NCBI RefSeq assembly: GCF_018350175.1
Contig: NC_058368.1
Location: 192,450,001-192,514,000, forward strand
Source of the DNA: Felis catus
Taxonomy: Eukaryota
Length of the DNA: 64,000 nucleotides
Reading direction: 5' to 3'
Each line of letters begins with the position of its first letter. Positions within the stretch are counted from its first letter, which is position 1. Position numbers and translations under genes: made by a program. Positions 48,067 through 60,492 of this stretch are shown here, in pieces. Below the pieces are notes generated by a model. The model searched no databases. It saw nothing but the letters and a program-made list of their open reading frames with translations, and was not told where the DNA came from.

Positions 48067-48794
48067 TTTGCTCAAAGTTATACATCTGGAACCCGACGTA
48101 CAGAGAGGTTAAGTAAACCGTGTCAGTTCCCACTTTACCTCCAGGTGATTTGTTCTCTGCCTGCCCTGTGCCCTGAGAACCCACAGGTAGCCTGCCCTGA
48201 GTCTGAAGTTCAGTCCAAGGTCAGGGGACAAAGGGGCAGGTCCCAGTGACATGCAGTCAGGGGTGTGGTGGCCCCAACCAGAGGCTTCTCTGAGAGGTGC
48301 TCTTGGGGCTCAGCAATGGGGGTAGAACTTGTTCTTCTAATCAGCCAAGGCCATCTAGTCCTCTCTCTGAATCAGCCCCGAGGGGGGGCTTTGGTCCAGT
48401 GTCAGCCCACCCAGGAGTCCTTGGGAAAGCTCAGGTTAGCCTGCTCATGAACTGCCCTGTCTTCAGGTTTGGTCTCCAACTCCTGTGTCTCAAGAACCAG
48501 GCAGGGGCACCCTTTATTCCTTCATGTTCATTCATTCACCTGCTCTGGACAGCACGCCTGCCCCATGCCAGGTGCTGCGGTGAGTGTTGGGGGTCTGCTG
48601 AGGGTCAAGAAGAAGAGATTCCTGCCCCCACAGGGTTCAGTCTTGAGAAGAGAGTTTACAGGTAGAAAGAGAGATGGCCCTAGGTGCCTGCTGTTTGCTC
48701 TCGGCACCGGTTCCAGACAGGCGACCTTCAGTCCATCCGTGGGCAGACTGGGACAGCGCATGCCGCTGGGCCGCTGGGCCTCTGGGCCGCTGGG

Positions 48795-49160
48795 CGCAGG
48801 GGTGGTGAAGCCCGAAGCTCACACAATCTTAGGAGCCTTCCTTAGGAAGACGAGTGCAAGACACGCAATTCTAGGTATGAAATTAGTGCCAACGGGAATG
48901 TTTACTTAGCACGTGAGAAAAAGCACAGCAAATAACATAGTTTTTAAAGCGACCAATTCCGTAAACATCACAAAATCAAAATAAATAACACTTTCACTAA
49001 TTAACTGCCTGACACACCTCTGTTATACTTCATCTTACATTTTTGGCCCCACACCCTCTGATCACTGTGTGAATGCATTTTGAGGGCCCCTCCCAGGGGA
49101 AGTGTGAGAGCTAGTGAGGGGCTCTGACAGGTTTAAGCTTCGTTAGCTTTTTACTAAACC
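48795..49160. mobile_element. hAT-Tip100 element (MER115/Zaphod-like)
   Basis: gaagctcacacaat..., aaacatcacaaaatc, taattaactgcctgacacacctct, gggcccctccc, ttaagcttcgttagctt. Confidence 0.65.
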
Positions 49161-49428
49161 CTATATTTAATTCTCTACTTCATTGAATCCTCAGAACAAT
49201 CCTATTTTGTAGGCACCGTGAGTACCCCCATTTCACAGATAGAACAACTGAGGCTTAGAAGGGCACTGGGTTGTCCCAGGTCATCTGCTCTCCACTGTGA
49301 CCTTCACACTATCTTGTCCTACATACCTTGGGTTTGGTGAATAAACTCAGACACATCCCCAGCCCAAAGTGCTCCCACGCTAGAAAGAGAAGGCAAGATT
49401 TGAAACCTGGAAAAAATGAAGTGCTATT

Positions 49429-49642
49429 TTTTTTAATGTTTATTTTATTTTTGAGAGAGAGAGAGAGAGAGAGAGCGAGAGCGCAGGGGAGGGGCAGAGA
49501 GAGGGAGACACAAAACTGGAAGTAGGCCCCAGGCTCCACACTGTCAGCACAGAACCCAACACGGGGCTCGGATTTACAAACCGCGAGATCATGATCTGAG
49601 CTGAAGTCAGAGGCTTAACTGACTGAGCCACCCAGGCGCTCC
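49429..49642 (-). mobile_element. Can-SINE
   Basis: TSD TGAAGTGCTATT. Confidence 0.95.
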
Positions 49643-50056
49643 TGAAGTGCTATTATAAGGCCAAATATGTTATGTGCCCCTACAACCCCTCCCTTTTTCC
49701 ATCCAGAGCTTATTAACCTCTACCTCCTCCAGGAAGCCCCTCAGGATTCCATGGGCCCACTCTGGCCCCTTCATAGTTCCCTCTCTGGGACGCATTTTCC
49801 CCAAATGGGAAATGATAGAAGGTCTCTTTCAACCATAGAATTACAGGATTCTGTTTTTATTTTTTGAGAGAGCCTTGAATCCTATGGTCCAGCATCAACA
49901 GTGTAGGTCCACCCCATCCAATGTATCACCAACCCCTATACCCTCTCTGACCACTGCTCCTGGCCCCCAGTTACAGCCCCGACCAAGCTGCCATCCTTCC
50001 TCCCCTGGATTATGGCGACAACGTCAGTCTTCAAATGGCTGCCTGAGCATCTCCTC

Positions 50057-50306
50057 GCTAACAGCAAGGAGCCTGCTTGGGATTCTCTCTCTCCCTCTCT
50101 CTCTGCCCCTCCCCTGCTCGTGCCTATGTGTGCCCACATGCTCTCTCTCTCTCAAAAATAAATAAACTTAAAAAAAATTGATAAAAATAGAATAGGAGCA
50201 GCTGGCTTAGAAGAACATACAACTCTTGATCTCAGGAGGGTTGTGAGTTCAAGCCCCATGCTGGGTGTAGAGGTTACTAAAACAAGCAAACAAACAAATT
50301 AAAAAA
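50057..50306 (+). mobile_element. Head-less Can-SINE (50057-50178) followed by a short SINE (50195-50306)
   Basis: Second element has TSD AAAAATAGAATA at 50183 and 50307. Confidence 0.85.
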
Positions 50307-50588
50307 AAAAATAGAATAAAGACAACGACCCTACATGGCTTCCGTGCTCTCGGACCCCAGCTCATCTTTCTCTCCTGCACTCTTCCCTTACCAGTCCCAC
50401 TGGCCACATGGCCAGCTCTTTGTCACCTCAGACCTTCACACATGCTGTTCCCTCTGTTGGGGACACTCTTCCCCACTCCTCCCCAGGCTAACTCCCATGT
50501 GCCATTTCCACCTCAGGTGCGGTATCTCTTCTTTGGGCACCTGTCAGTTTAAATGGAGTTGCAGGGAACAGAAAGTGAGGTACCCTAC

Positions 50589-51103
50589 TGTAGAGGGCTG
50601 AAAAGTGGCCCCCAAAGATATCCGTCCCTAATCCTTGGAACCTGTGTTACCTTGTTTAGAAAAAGGGTAACATTTGCAGGTGTGATTAAATTAAGGACCT
50701 CGAGACGGGAAGGTTATCCTGGGCAATCTGGTGGGGGGAGCCAGGCCAAATGCAATCACATGTATCCTCATAAGAGAGACACAGGGACAGGTTCATCACA
50801 TATATAGAGGAGAAGGAACACGAAGATAAAGCAGGGAGAGATGTGAAGATATTGGCCTCGAACACTGGAGTGACATGGCCACAAGCCAAAGAATGCCAGC
50901 AGCTCCTGGAAGCTGGAAGAAGCAGGGAACAGATTCTCTTGAAGGGCCTCCAGAGGGAGTGCAGCCCGGTGAACCCCTCGGTTTTGGCCCAGTGATACCG
51001 ACTTTGGACTTCCAGCCTCTAGGACTGTGAGAGAATAAATGCCTGTTGTTTAGGTCACCCAGCCTCTACTAATTTGTTACGGTGACAATAGGCAATGAAT
51101 ACA
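50589..51103 (+). mobile_element. Complete solo MaLR LTR (MLT1C/D-like)
   Basis: TG...CA termini, near-perfect 5-bp TSD cctac/tctac; ggcccccaaagat, tgtgattaaattaagg, ggaagctggaaga, ctgtgagagaataaat motifs. Confidence 0.9.
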
Positions 51104-51530
51104 TCTACTCAATATCATTTTTCCCATTCACTCTTCGTACAGAATTTTCATTTCAGTAAGGATACCCTGCTCATTTCTTCATTTATCAGCCTCCTCTCCA
51201 GCCAGGTGTGGCTATGGGACTATGTTCGGGCCAATAAGATATAAGCAGAGGTTGTGTGGATTTCTGTGAAGGCTCCTTAAAAGGGGGATAGAGAACCAAT
51301 GTGTACCCTTTTCCTCTCCCATCCTGCATGCTTTCCATCTGGAATACAAACGTGAAGGCTGACACTCTAGCAGCCATCTTGGGAACATGAGGTACAACAG
51401 AGGCTTCTGTTCCTGAGTTACTGAACGAATATCCGCAGCCACTACCTTCAGACTGCTCATTATGAGAAGTAAACTCTTATGTGCTTATGCTACTCTCTTT
51501 AAGATGTGTTAGTAACAGCTGTTCACAATC
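51104..51530. mobile_element. Older MLT1-type LTR hosting the element above
   Basis: ggccaataagatataagcagag, gcagccatcttgg, taccttcagact motifs. Confidence 0.6.
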
Positions 51531-51589
51531 CCCACTGAAAAATCTTTCCTATTTTTCCACCTCATACCATCTATGTAAGTCATCGGAAT

Positions 51590-51750
51590 GTATAATAATA
51601 CCTGTACTTGTGTGTTTATTTGTTTAATGTCTGCTTCCTCTGCTAAACTGTAATTTCCATGAGGGCGGGGCTCGGGTCTGTTTTGTTCATAGCACAGGAC
51701 CTGGCACAAAGTCGGTGCTCAGTGGGTATTTGTTGAACGAATGAACAAAT
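51590..51750 (+). mobile_element. L2 3' end
   Basis: aaactgtaatttccatgaggg...cctggcaca...gtgctcagtgggtatttgttgaacgaatgaa. Confidence 0.8.
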
Positions 51751-52914
51751 GCCTCTCTTAGTGAGGTCCCAGGCACATTATGAGACAAAGACCATGATTC
51801 ATTCCTCTCTTCTCTTTAGTGCAGCCCTGGGCTGCAAATCAATGTACCTGGAGTCCTGATTAAGTAGAATGGAATACAAAGAATTGAAAATACCTGGGCT
51901 CCAGTCTGCCCTGTGGCTTCTTAATAGTAAGTGCTGAATAAAGTTTTATTAAGTGACTCAGGAACAGACTGGCCCTCTGGAGAAAGACAAGGATGTTTAG
52001 GGATGGCATTTCAGTGTGGGATATGAGGCCCTGAGAAAGGAGTGTCTGCTGAATCCCCAACCAGCCATCAGATTTGCAGGGCATGCAGAAGCCAACTCTA
52101 AGTTCAACCAGGCTGTGCCCATTTCAAATTCCTGGGAGCTGAGGCTCAGATGGGGACAGGGACTTGCCTGAGGTCACTTGGGGTGGTAGCAGAGTCAGAT
52201 AAGGCTGCTCAGCTTCCAATCCAGCCCTTCTCCCTGTTTAGTGTTCTCTGTACCCTGTCATCTTCTAGATGATAAGACAAAGGGAAAGGAGGTGTGCTTG
52301 ACTGGGGCTTCCCCGGTCCCAGCTAGAACATCAGCAAGCAATCTTTCCGTTCACAGATGTCATTGCTGAGGCGCCATGAGGCTGCGGGTCCTGCACCACA
52401 AAGAGTTTGCAGAGGCTAGAAACCCAGACCAGAAGCACCCACTGTGGAGCTTTTCCCACACTGGCATCCTGTCTCTTGACCAGGGCTATAGCAAGTGTCA
52501 CCACCCAGGCTGGGGGCAAATGGCTGCATTCCTCCCGGTGTTCTCAAGCTCCAACTTCAAGGCTGGCAGGTTTAGGATAGACTGTTCACACTTTCTTCAC
52601 ATGTTAGCAGTTCAAGGTGCCCGAGAAATCTGCTTGGCTGACCATGCCTGTCCTTCAGGTGAAGAAAAGGAAAGCCAAGAGCATCCCAGGGTCTAGTCCA
52701 GGGTGACATAGCAATCAACCATGGTGGAACCAGGGCCAAGGTCTGACATGTGTCTCTTGGCCAGTGTTCAGCCACCTGCGGTTTAGCAGTGACCTCTAAC
52801 AGGGCAGGCAGAGGAGGGGAGACACAGCCCTGGTGAAAAAGAATGATGTGTTTTAGCAAGTTTAAGGTCGAGCGTGTCTCCCTCCACAAAAGTAGCCAGT
52901 GCCTTGTACTCCCA

Positions 52915-53401
52915 GAGCCGTTCTCAAACGTTCTAATCTCAGGACCCCTTTATACTCTTAAAAATTGATGACCCCAAAGATCTTCTTTTTTGTGGTCATT
53001 ATATCTATCAACATTCACTGTGTCAAAAATTAAAACATATATAATAGATATTGATTAATATAAAAATAACAATACACATTCTAATATAGAACCTATTTTA
53101 TGAAAATAACCTTATTTTTGAAAAAAAATTGTGACGAGTAGCATTGTCTTACACTTTTCCAAATCTCTTTAATGTTTGGCTGAAAAGGAGACAGCTGGGT
53201 TCTCATACTTGTTTCTGTACTCAGTCTGTTGTGAGATATCGTGACACGTAGCCCCTGGAAAACTCTATTGTACAGTCATGAAAGAATGAGAGTAAAAAGC
53301 CAAGTAATACGTTGGTCTTAGAGTGCAAACAATTTTGACCTCATGGATCGCAAGGGTCTTGGGGAACTTAGGGGTCCCTGGACCATACTTTAGAACCAGT
53401 G
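52915..53401. mobile_element. hAT-Charlie element (MER119/Charlie7-like)
   Basis: ttctcaaa..tctcaggacccctttatactcttaaaaatt...aaatctctttaatgtttggct...ttttgacctcatgga...ggggtccctggaccatactttagaacc. Confidence 0.8.
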
Positions 53402-55109
53402 GTCAGCACTCTGTGAGGTGCTTCCTGTTGTCATTTCCATTTTATGGATGAGCAAAATAAGGCTCAGAGATGTTATGAGGCTCGCTCAAAGGCACATAGC
53501 CAGTAACAGTCGTATCAACCCAAGATAATCGGCTCTAGGGAACTGTGTTCCTAACAGCAGCATCATACTCCAGCCCCTCGCTGATGGACAGATGTCGTAG
53601 GAGGAATGCGATCAGGAAGGAGCCAGAGGTTCTGGGGTACCCCAAGTAGGGAGAGGTAGTGCGGTTGTCGAGATTCTGGACTTGGAAGCAGTGCCTGGGC
53701 CCGCATCCTGGCTATGCCCTGTATGTGCTGTGTGACCAGGCACAAAGTGCTCAACCCCTCTGAACCTCAGATAGTCCCTCGGTGAAATGTGATGATATGA
53801 TATTTACATCACAGGGTCATTGGGAGGATTAAATGTTAATTTATGCAAATTACAACAGTGCTCAGTAAATGTATATAGTTCACATCTTTTAGATGACATA
53901 GATTTGTGAGCAGGGCCATGGACATGGTTTCACTGAAGCTGGAGGCAGGGGTTGGGGGGTGGGGGTGCAGATATAGCACAGGTCCTGAAGGGAGGGCCAA
54001 GGGAGGGAGAAGACACGTGGCCTGGAGGGCGGAGGAGGGGCTTCCAGACTAGGAGCACATCACTCTCAGGTGGTGGGCACAGATGCCCAGGGACTCTGGG
54101 CGTGTGAGCCAGCAGTGACGTGCAGTGTGACAGGGGAGCCGGCCTCACCTGTCCCAGGGCACAGAGGCCAGATCCCCTGCTCAGGGCCAGCAGCCTGGTC
54201 ACTGGGACCTAGACCAGACCTCCAATATCCCGCCTGGAAAAGCCACCAGACCACCTCCTCTCCTGACCCCCTTTAGGGGGTGAAGCCCCCGGCTCCCTGT
54301 CTCTCCCGGCATCCCAGCCCTAGAAAATCGTCTAAACCACACTGTCAGAGGATCCTGAGAACCATCTGGCCACACTGCTCCCTTTCCCTTTTGGCAGGTG
54401 AAGAACCTGGGCCCCAGAGACGTAGCTGGACCACTCGCACCACACAGCAAGTTGGGGACAAGCGGCCCAGGCCACTTGGCATCTGATTCTGGTTGCATGC
54501 GCTGAGCCCCCCTCCTCCCTTGCTCAGCAGGGACTCAGGCCCATGTGCTGTTGTGTGACCTCAGGCAAGATGCTTAACCTCTCTGTGCCTCAGTTTCCTT
54601 AACTATAGAATGGAAATAACAATTTTACTTCCTTCGTTGGGGTATTGTGTGGATTAAAGTAAGTCGATCGACACAAAACACTTAGAACACTACCTAGCTT
54701 TCAATACTGGTAGTCAACACTGTGACCACATCACCGTCATCACCATCATCATCATCGAGGTCTTGAACATCGTTAGGGGATACCCTGGGGGTGTTCCTCG
54801 TTTGAGGCCCTGGGGACAGATGGGTAAGCACAGAATTGTGTTCTGTCTTCTCCTGCCTGCAAACTGATTCACAGGGTGATTTGGGGCACATTGTTCACTA
54901 TGCCTGGGCCTCTGTGTCCCCAGCTGGACGGGGGGGGGGGGGAGCTTTATTTCTTATAAAATTTCTATTGTGCCTCTAGTGCCATGGCATTTCTCTGGCA
55001 ATACTGACCATAAAAATGTGCACGACTACTCCCTGCAGTATCATTTATAAGGCAAGAGTAAACATTTAGAAACCGTCTCTGTCCCCTTCCTCATTGGAGT
55101 TTTAAACAC

Positions 55110-55511
55110 GAGGGAATAATAGCCCCAAACTGAAAGTAATCCAGATGTCCCACAGCAGGTGCACAGATATTAAAAACTGAGACAACCACATGAAGGAATG
55201 TTCCTCAGCAATGAGAGGCAGTCAGCTCGTGGCAACACAACAATGTGGGTGAAGCTCAAAAACACTGCCTGGGGTGAAGAAGCCCCAAAGAGTGCCTACT
55301 GTATGCAACCATTGAAACAAAATTCTGGAAAAAGGAAAGCTAAGCTATAGGGGCAGGAAACAGTCTAGGGTTTGCCTGGGGCAAGATGTGGGGGCAAAGG
55401 ATTGACTACAAAGGGGCATGGAAGAACTTCTGGGGTAACATAAATAGTCTGGATTTTGATTATGGTGATGGTTACATGACTATATAATTAAAAAAATTTT
55501 TTTAATGTTTA

Positions 55512-55555
<44 letters not shown>

Positions 55556-55830
55556 TAAGCGGGGGTGGGACACAGAGAGAGAGAGACAGACAGACAGACA
55601 GAATCCAAAGCAGCCTCCAGTCTCAGAGCTGTCAGCACAGAGCCCGATGTGGGACTCGAACCCATAAATCACGAGATCATGACCTGAGCTGAAGTCGGAC
55701 ACTTAACCGACTGAGCCACCCAGGTGCCCCATGACTATATAATTTTTGAAAGTCACTGAACTGTACTCTCGAAATGAGTGTATTTTATTGTATGCAACTT
55801 ATACCATAATAAAATTGATTAAAAAACAAA
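55110..55830 (+). mobile_element. L1ME-like 3' end with nested SINE
   Basis: aatagccccaaactg, attgactacaaaggggcat, ggtgatggttacatgact, tataccataataaa. Confidence 0.8.
55490..55729 (-). mobile_element. Can-SINE
   Basis: TSD CATGACTATATAATT. Confidence 0.96.
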
Positions 55831-57721
55831 ATGATGGTTCACACACACAAAGAAAGCTCTGGATTTGTCACAACGAGAGGGCTACAACTGTGGCCTCAGC
55901 ATGGACAGACGTCCATGTTTTGTTGTTGAATGAAAAATAAAGGCAAATTATGTGACAGACCTGTTGACACTGACATTTGTTGAGAGCTCACTGCGGGCCA
56001 GGCCCAGGCTAAGAGCCTCACCTGCATTACTCTGTTAAACCTCGACAATGTCCATATGAGGCTTTACAGAAGAGAAAACTGAGGTCCAAAGAGATGAGGC
56101 CACGCGGGACTCTGGGTATGAAGCCAAGGAGCCACGCTCTTGGGACCTGGGACACACTCTGAGCCACCACACTGAGCTCTACGGTATGATTTCAGTGTAG
56201 CCAATAACTGGCAATGTTAGTCTATGCATAGGCAAAATCTGCAAGGGTGATCCCAATCTGGGCCCACGGGTTACGTCTGGGAGGTGCATTTATAGGTACT
56301 TTCACTTCCAAAACTATTTCTGTTGAGTTTACTGTAACTTGCCTAAATTACTTTCCCAATCAGAGAAAGCAGTATAGATTTAAAAAAAAAAATTACTGAA
56401 AACATTCCTGTCCTGTATCTCATCTGCTCAGGATCCCGGCACCGTCTCCTCACTGCTCCCTCTCCTAGACGGGGCCACATGCCTGCCCAGAGCCCCAAGG
56501 CCCACTGATAAAGACTGGGGCACACTGAGACCCGTATCAGGCCTGAGCAGCCCTTTGCAGTCCCATCCATCTGGTCCCCCCAGGGAGGGTGGGCCCTGTT
56601 CCAGAAATCAGCAGGCTCCGTGGCCCTGGAGATAACAGGAGCTTGGTGGTAAGGACCAGCAGGGTGAGGGTCTACAGCAGGGGGATGGGGTGGTGAGTCA
56701 GAAGTGTGAGCAGGCTTCTCCCCACTGGGCAGACGAAGCTGCTGAGACCCAGAGAAGGTGTGACCTGTTTAGTCTGTATGGCCCTGGCTCTGTCCGCTGT
56801 GTGGCTCTGGGCACATTTCATGCCCTCTCTGATCCTCAGGTTCCCTTGCGATCCTTTGGTTCCAGCTTGGTCCTCTTTTAGGAAGTAACCTGGGCCCTGA
56901 AACCAGTCTTGAGAGTCCTAGTGTGTAGGCAGACAGCAGGATGCACATGACATCCTCGGCCCCCAGCTTCAACTCCAAGTGGACGCGTGGAGGCTCAAAG
57001 GCGCTCTTAGGACGCTGAACGCATGCGCGCATGCCTGTCTGTGTGTACCCACATCCGCAGGCCCCAAGGACAACGAGCAGGGCCACCCTGGGCCAGGCCA
57101 AGGTTTGTTTACATGTCCAAAGGTCAGATGCTGCCTGCCAGGGAGGGCCTCAGCTGGTGAGAGTCTGCAGCTGTGTGCCCAGGACACAGATAACATGTGC
57201 CCCGGGGAGGGGCGGGCAGCCCCAGGAGAGGGTGGGACAAGAGTGACACCCAGGCTTCCCTTCCTGGGAGCGCCTGCTGGTTCTGCTGCTGTGGGCCCTG
57301 CCTGGGGAGTCTCCACCTCCCCTGAGCACCTACGAGCCCCCGAGAACACTTAGCTTGGTTTCCCTGAGCCTATGCCCGCTCTGTACCGCTCACCACTTCT
57401 TTGACACCACGTGGTGTATTCACCTCGTGGAGCCTCAGTTTCTTCATCTGTAAAATGGGGATAATCACGGCTCTTTCCTGAGAGGGGGCAGAGTGGAGCC
57501 CTGGGGCTAAGGCCTGATTATGCCAGGTGAGTGGGAGGGGCTTCACCCAGGGGTCTCTAATGTTAGGGATAGCTCCACATTCTGGAAACCCCCTCTGCAC
57601 TGTAAGGAGGCTTAGGGGTCTCCGTCTGCGCCTGATGTCACAGGGTGGGGCCTAGAAGTTCCTGCCTGTCCTTTTCCACCTTCTCCCCAGTGGTATTTCC
57701 CAACTGCCTGCAGTCCTACCT

Positions 57722-57727
57722 CCCCCC

Positions 57728-57761
<34 letters not shown>
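57722..57761. repeat. Poly-C tract (C6-T-C33)
   Basis: Directly visible. Confidence 0.95.
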
Positions 57762-57763
<2 letters not shown>

Positions 57764-58013
57764 CACCCATTCATCCCTCTCATAGCCACCGCCCTTAAGC
57801 AATCTCTCAGCTTATGTCAACAAAAGCACAAACATAACCTAGTGGGCTTGTGGTCTGGCTGTGGAGATGGGATTCGAACACAGCAACTTAAAAAAGACTG
57901 GCAGCTTTTCAATGTGTCTGTGCCCTGTGCACACACAGGGGGTATGCCTTCAGCCTGAGTGTCTGCCTGGGAGGGGACACTTTCTTCTCTCATCTCTCCC
58001 CCTGGGACATTCC

Positions 58014-58221
58014 TTTTTTTTAAAGTTTATTTATTTATTTTGAGAGCGAGAAGGAGCAGGAGGGACAGAGAGAGAGAGAGAGGAAGAGAGACAATTCCAA
58101 GCAGGCTCCATGCTGCCAGCCAAAGCCTGATGCGGGGCTCAAACTCACCAACTGTGAGATCATGACCTGAGCTGAAATTAAGAGTCGGACGCTTAACCGA
58201 CTGAGCTACCCGGGCGCTCCC
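58014..58221 (-). mobile_element. Can-SINE, older type
   Basis: TSD CTGGGACATTC. Confidence 0.93.
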
Positions 58222-58794
58222 GCTGGGACATTCTTGCTTCCCCAAACTCTCACTACCCACCTCAAGGAAGAAGGATGCTGAAATATATACCAAAAAATCA
58301 TTTGTATTAAATCGGCAAAAAGTGTGAGCACTGATCACCAGCAGGGCTGGAGAGACATACTCCCCCCTCACTGTGGATGAGAATGATAGTGGGCACATCC
58401 CCCCAGGTGGGTGATTAGCATCTCTCTCAACACACAACCACACACATGACCAACAACCCATGGGTCACCTTCCTGGGAATCAATGGAACAGAAATGCTAC
58501 CACAGGCTCATCTGTTCGTGCATGTTTGTGAAAGCTTTTTTTTTTTTTTTTTTTTTTTTTGGCGGGAGGGAGCGGGTAAAAGCATAACCATATTGGAAGT
58601 ATTTCAAATGATTGTCCACAGAGGTTGATTGTCTAGACATCGTGTGATCCAACCACGCTATGGAAAACTAAAGCATGGACTCCCTTGGAAATGTTTCCAA
58701 AATTCACTGCCGGTGAGAGAAGCAAGTTGAAGAACATGCAAAAACAGAACTCTGAAAAAAAAACACATGTAAAACAAAACTATTCTCTCCCTTT

Positions 58795-59020
58795 CTTTTT
58801 GAAAACAAAATTTTTTTTTTCAACATTTATTCATTTTTTTGAGAGACAGAGCATGAGCAGGGGAGGGGCAGAGAGAGAGGGAGCCACAGAATCCGAAGCT
58901 GGGTCCAGGCTCCGAGCTGTCAGCACAGAGCCCGACGCGGGGCTTGAACTCACTCATGAGCGGTGAGATCATGACCTGAGCCGAACTCGGACGCTTAACC
59001 GACTGAGCCACCCAGGCGCC
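58795..59020 (-). mobile_element. Can-SINE
   Basis: CpG-rich antisense copy; tctctccc flanks. Confidence 0.94.
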
Positions 59021-60009
59021 GCAACTCTCTCCCCTTATTAACAAGTCACATATATGGCAACTCAAGTCTATTGGCATGGGAAAGTTCTGGAAAGAGTCAC
59101 ACCAAATGATTAACCTAATGCATGCCATTTTCTAGCTGTGTGACCTTGGGAAGTGACTTAGCCTGCTTCCTCTTCCTGAAAGTTGGGAATAACAAACCTC
59201 ACAGGGCTGTGAGGAGCCTTCATGTAATTATTATAAATCCTTTGGCACATAACAAGCAGTCCATAAATATTTAGGGAAATAAAGCAGGAATCCATTTTCA
59301 GCGGAACTAATTTATTCTCAGGAGTCAACTTTCAGCTCAGTTTCAGTGCTGGAGGCTGGTCTGCCTGCCTTTGCTGTCGCCTAGCGGTCACAGTAAGAAA
59401 CACACTGGAGCGCTTTCTGCTCCCCTCCTGCTGCCTTTATTCGTTGTGGAGAATAGAGCACCCTGTCTCTCCACAACCCAAGTTCCTCTGGGTTCCTCCA
59501 GGGCCTGCAAAGCGTCAGGCACTCCTGTGCCTTGGGGTTGGAGACTGGCAGACTCCGGAATGGTCCCGGGGCCTCTCTGAGTCTCGGTTTTCTCATCTCA
59601 AGAAGGGGAGTAGTAACAGCTTACTTCATACCTTTGTAAGGATAAAACGCAATAATGCATGTAAAGCACTTGACACTGGCCCTGACACAAAAGAACATCC
59701 TAGAAATGGTAATTATTGGTATTTACACACTTATCTCCTTACTGCTTAGGAGAGCTGTATTACACCCATTTCACAGATGAGGAGCTCGAGACTCAGAAAA
59801 GCCGAGGTAACTTGCCCGCAGCCACTTGGCTAAGAGAGCACCAGCCAAGATGAGACTGCAGGCCTGCCCAGGAGCTGCCTCCCCACCCTTAGGCTACCAT
59901 TTCACATGCTCATCTGCAAAGGAGTTGTAGGGAGCAGTTTCTTACCACCACTCATGCCCGAAGTTTGGATCGCACCTACCAGGAACATTAAAAAAAATAT
60001 ACTGAGATA

Positions 60010-60492
60010 CATACTGACTGTTGCTGTCTAACAAATTGCTTTACAACCGATTTTGTGTCCTAGATGTTCCTGTCTTCTCATCCGAGTCCGGGCCCGCAGC
60101 TGGCCGTAGTAATCTGAAGGGAACTAACTGGGGAGCTACCTTCTTCCAAGGTCATGTGGCTGCTAGCAAGATTTACTCTCAAGGATTGTTGGACTGATGT
60201 CTTCCCAGCTGTTGGCCAGAGGCCCCCCTCAGTTCCTCAGTTCCACGCATCAGTGTCTCCTGCGTGGGAGTTTGCTTCATCAAAGCGTGCAAGCCGGGCG
60301 TGAAAGCAAGAGCAGGGTGGAAGTCACGATCTTTTGTAGCCTGATCGTGGAAGGGATTATTGCCGTATTCTATTTGTTAGAAGTGAGTCACTGGGCCCAG
60401 CCCATCCTGCACAAAAGGAGAGTACACGGGGGCTTGAATACCAGGAAGAGGGGATCACAGGGGGCCATTCTAGAACCTTTCTGCCTGCCACA
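60010..60492. mobile_element. MLT1-type LTR remnant
   Basis: gttggccagaggcc..cctcagttcc, tctatttgttagaagtgagtcact, gaataccaggaag..ggatca..ggggccatt. Confidence 0.7.
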
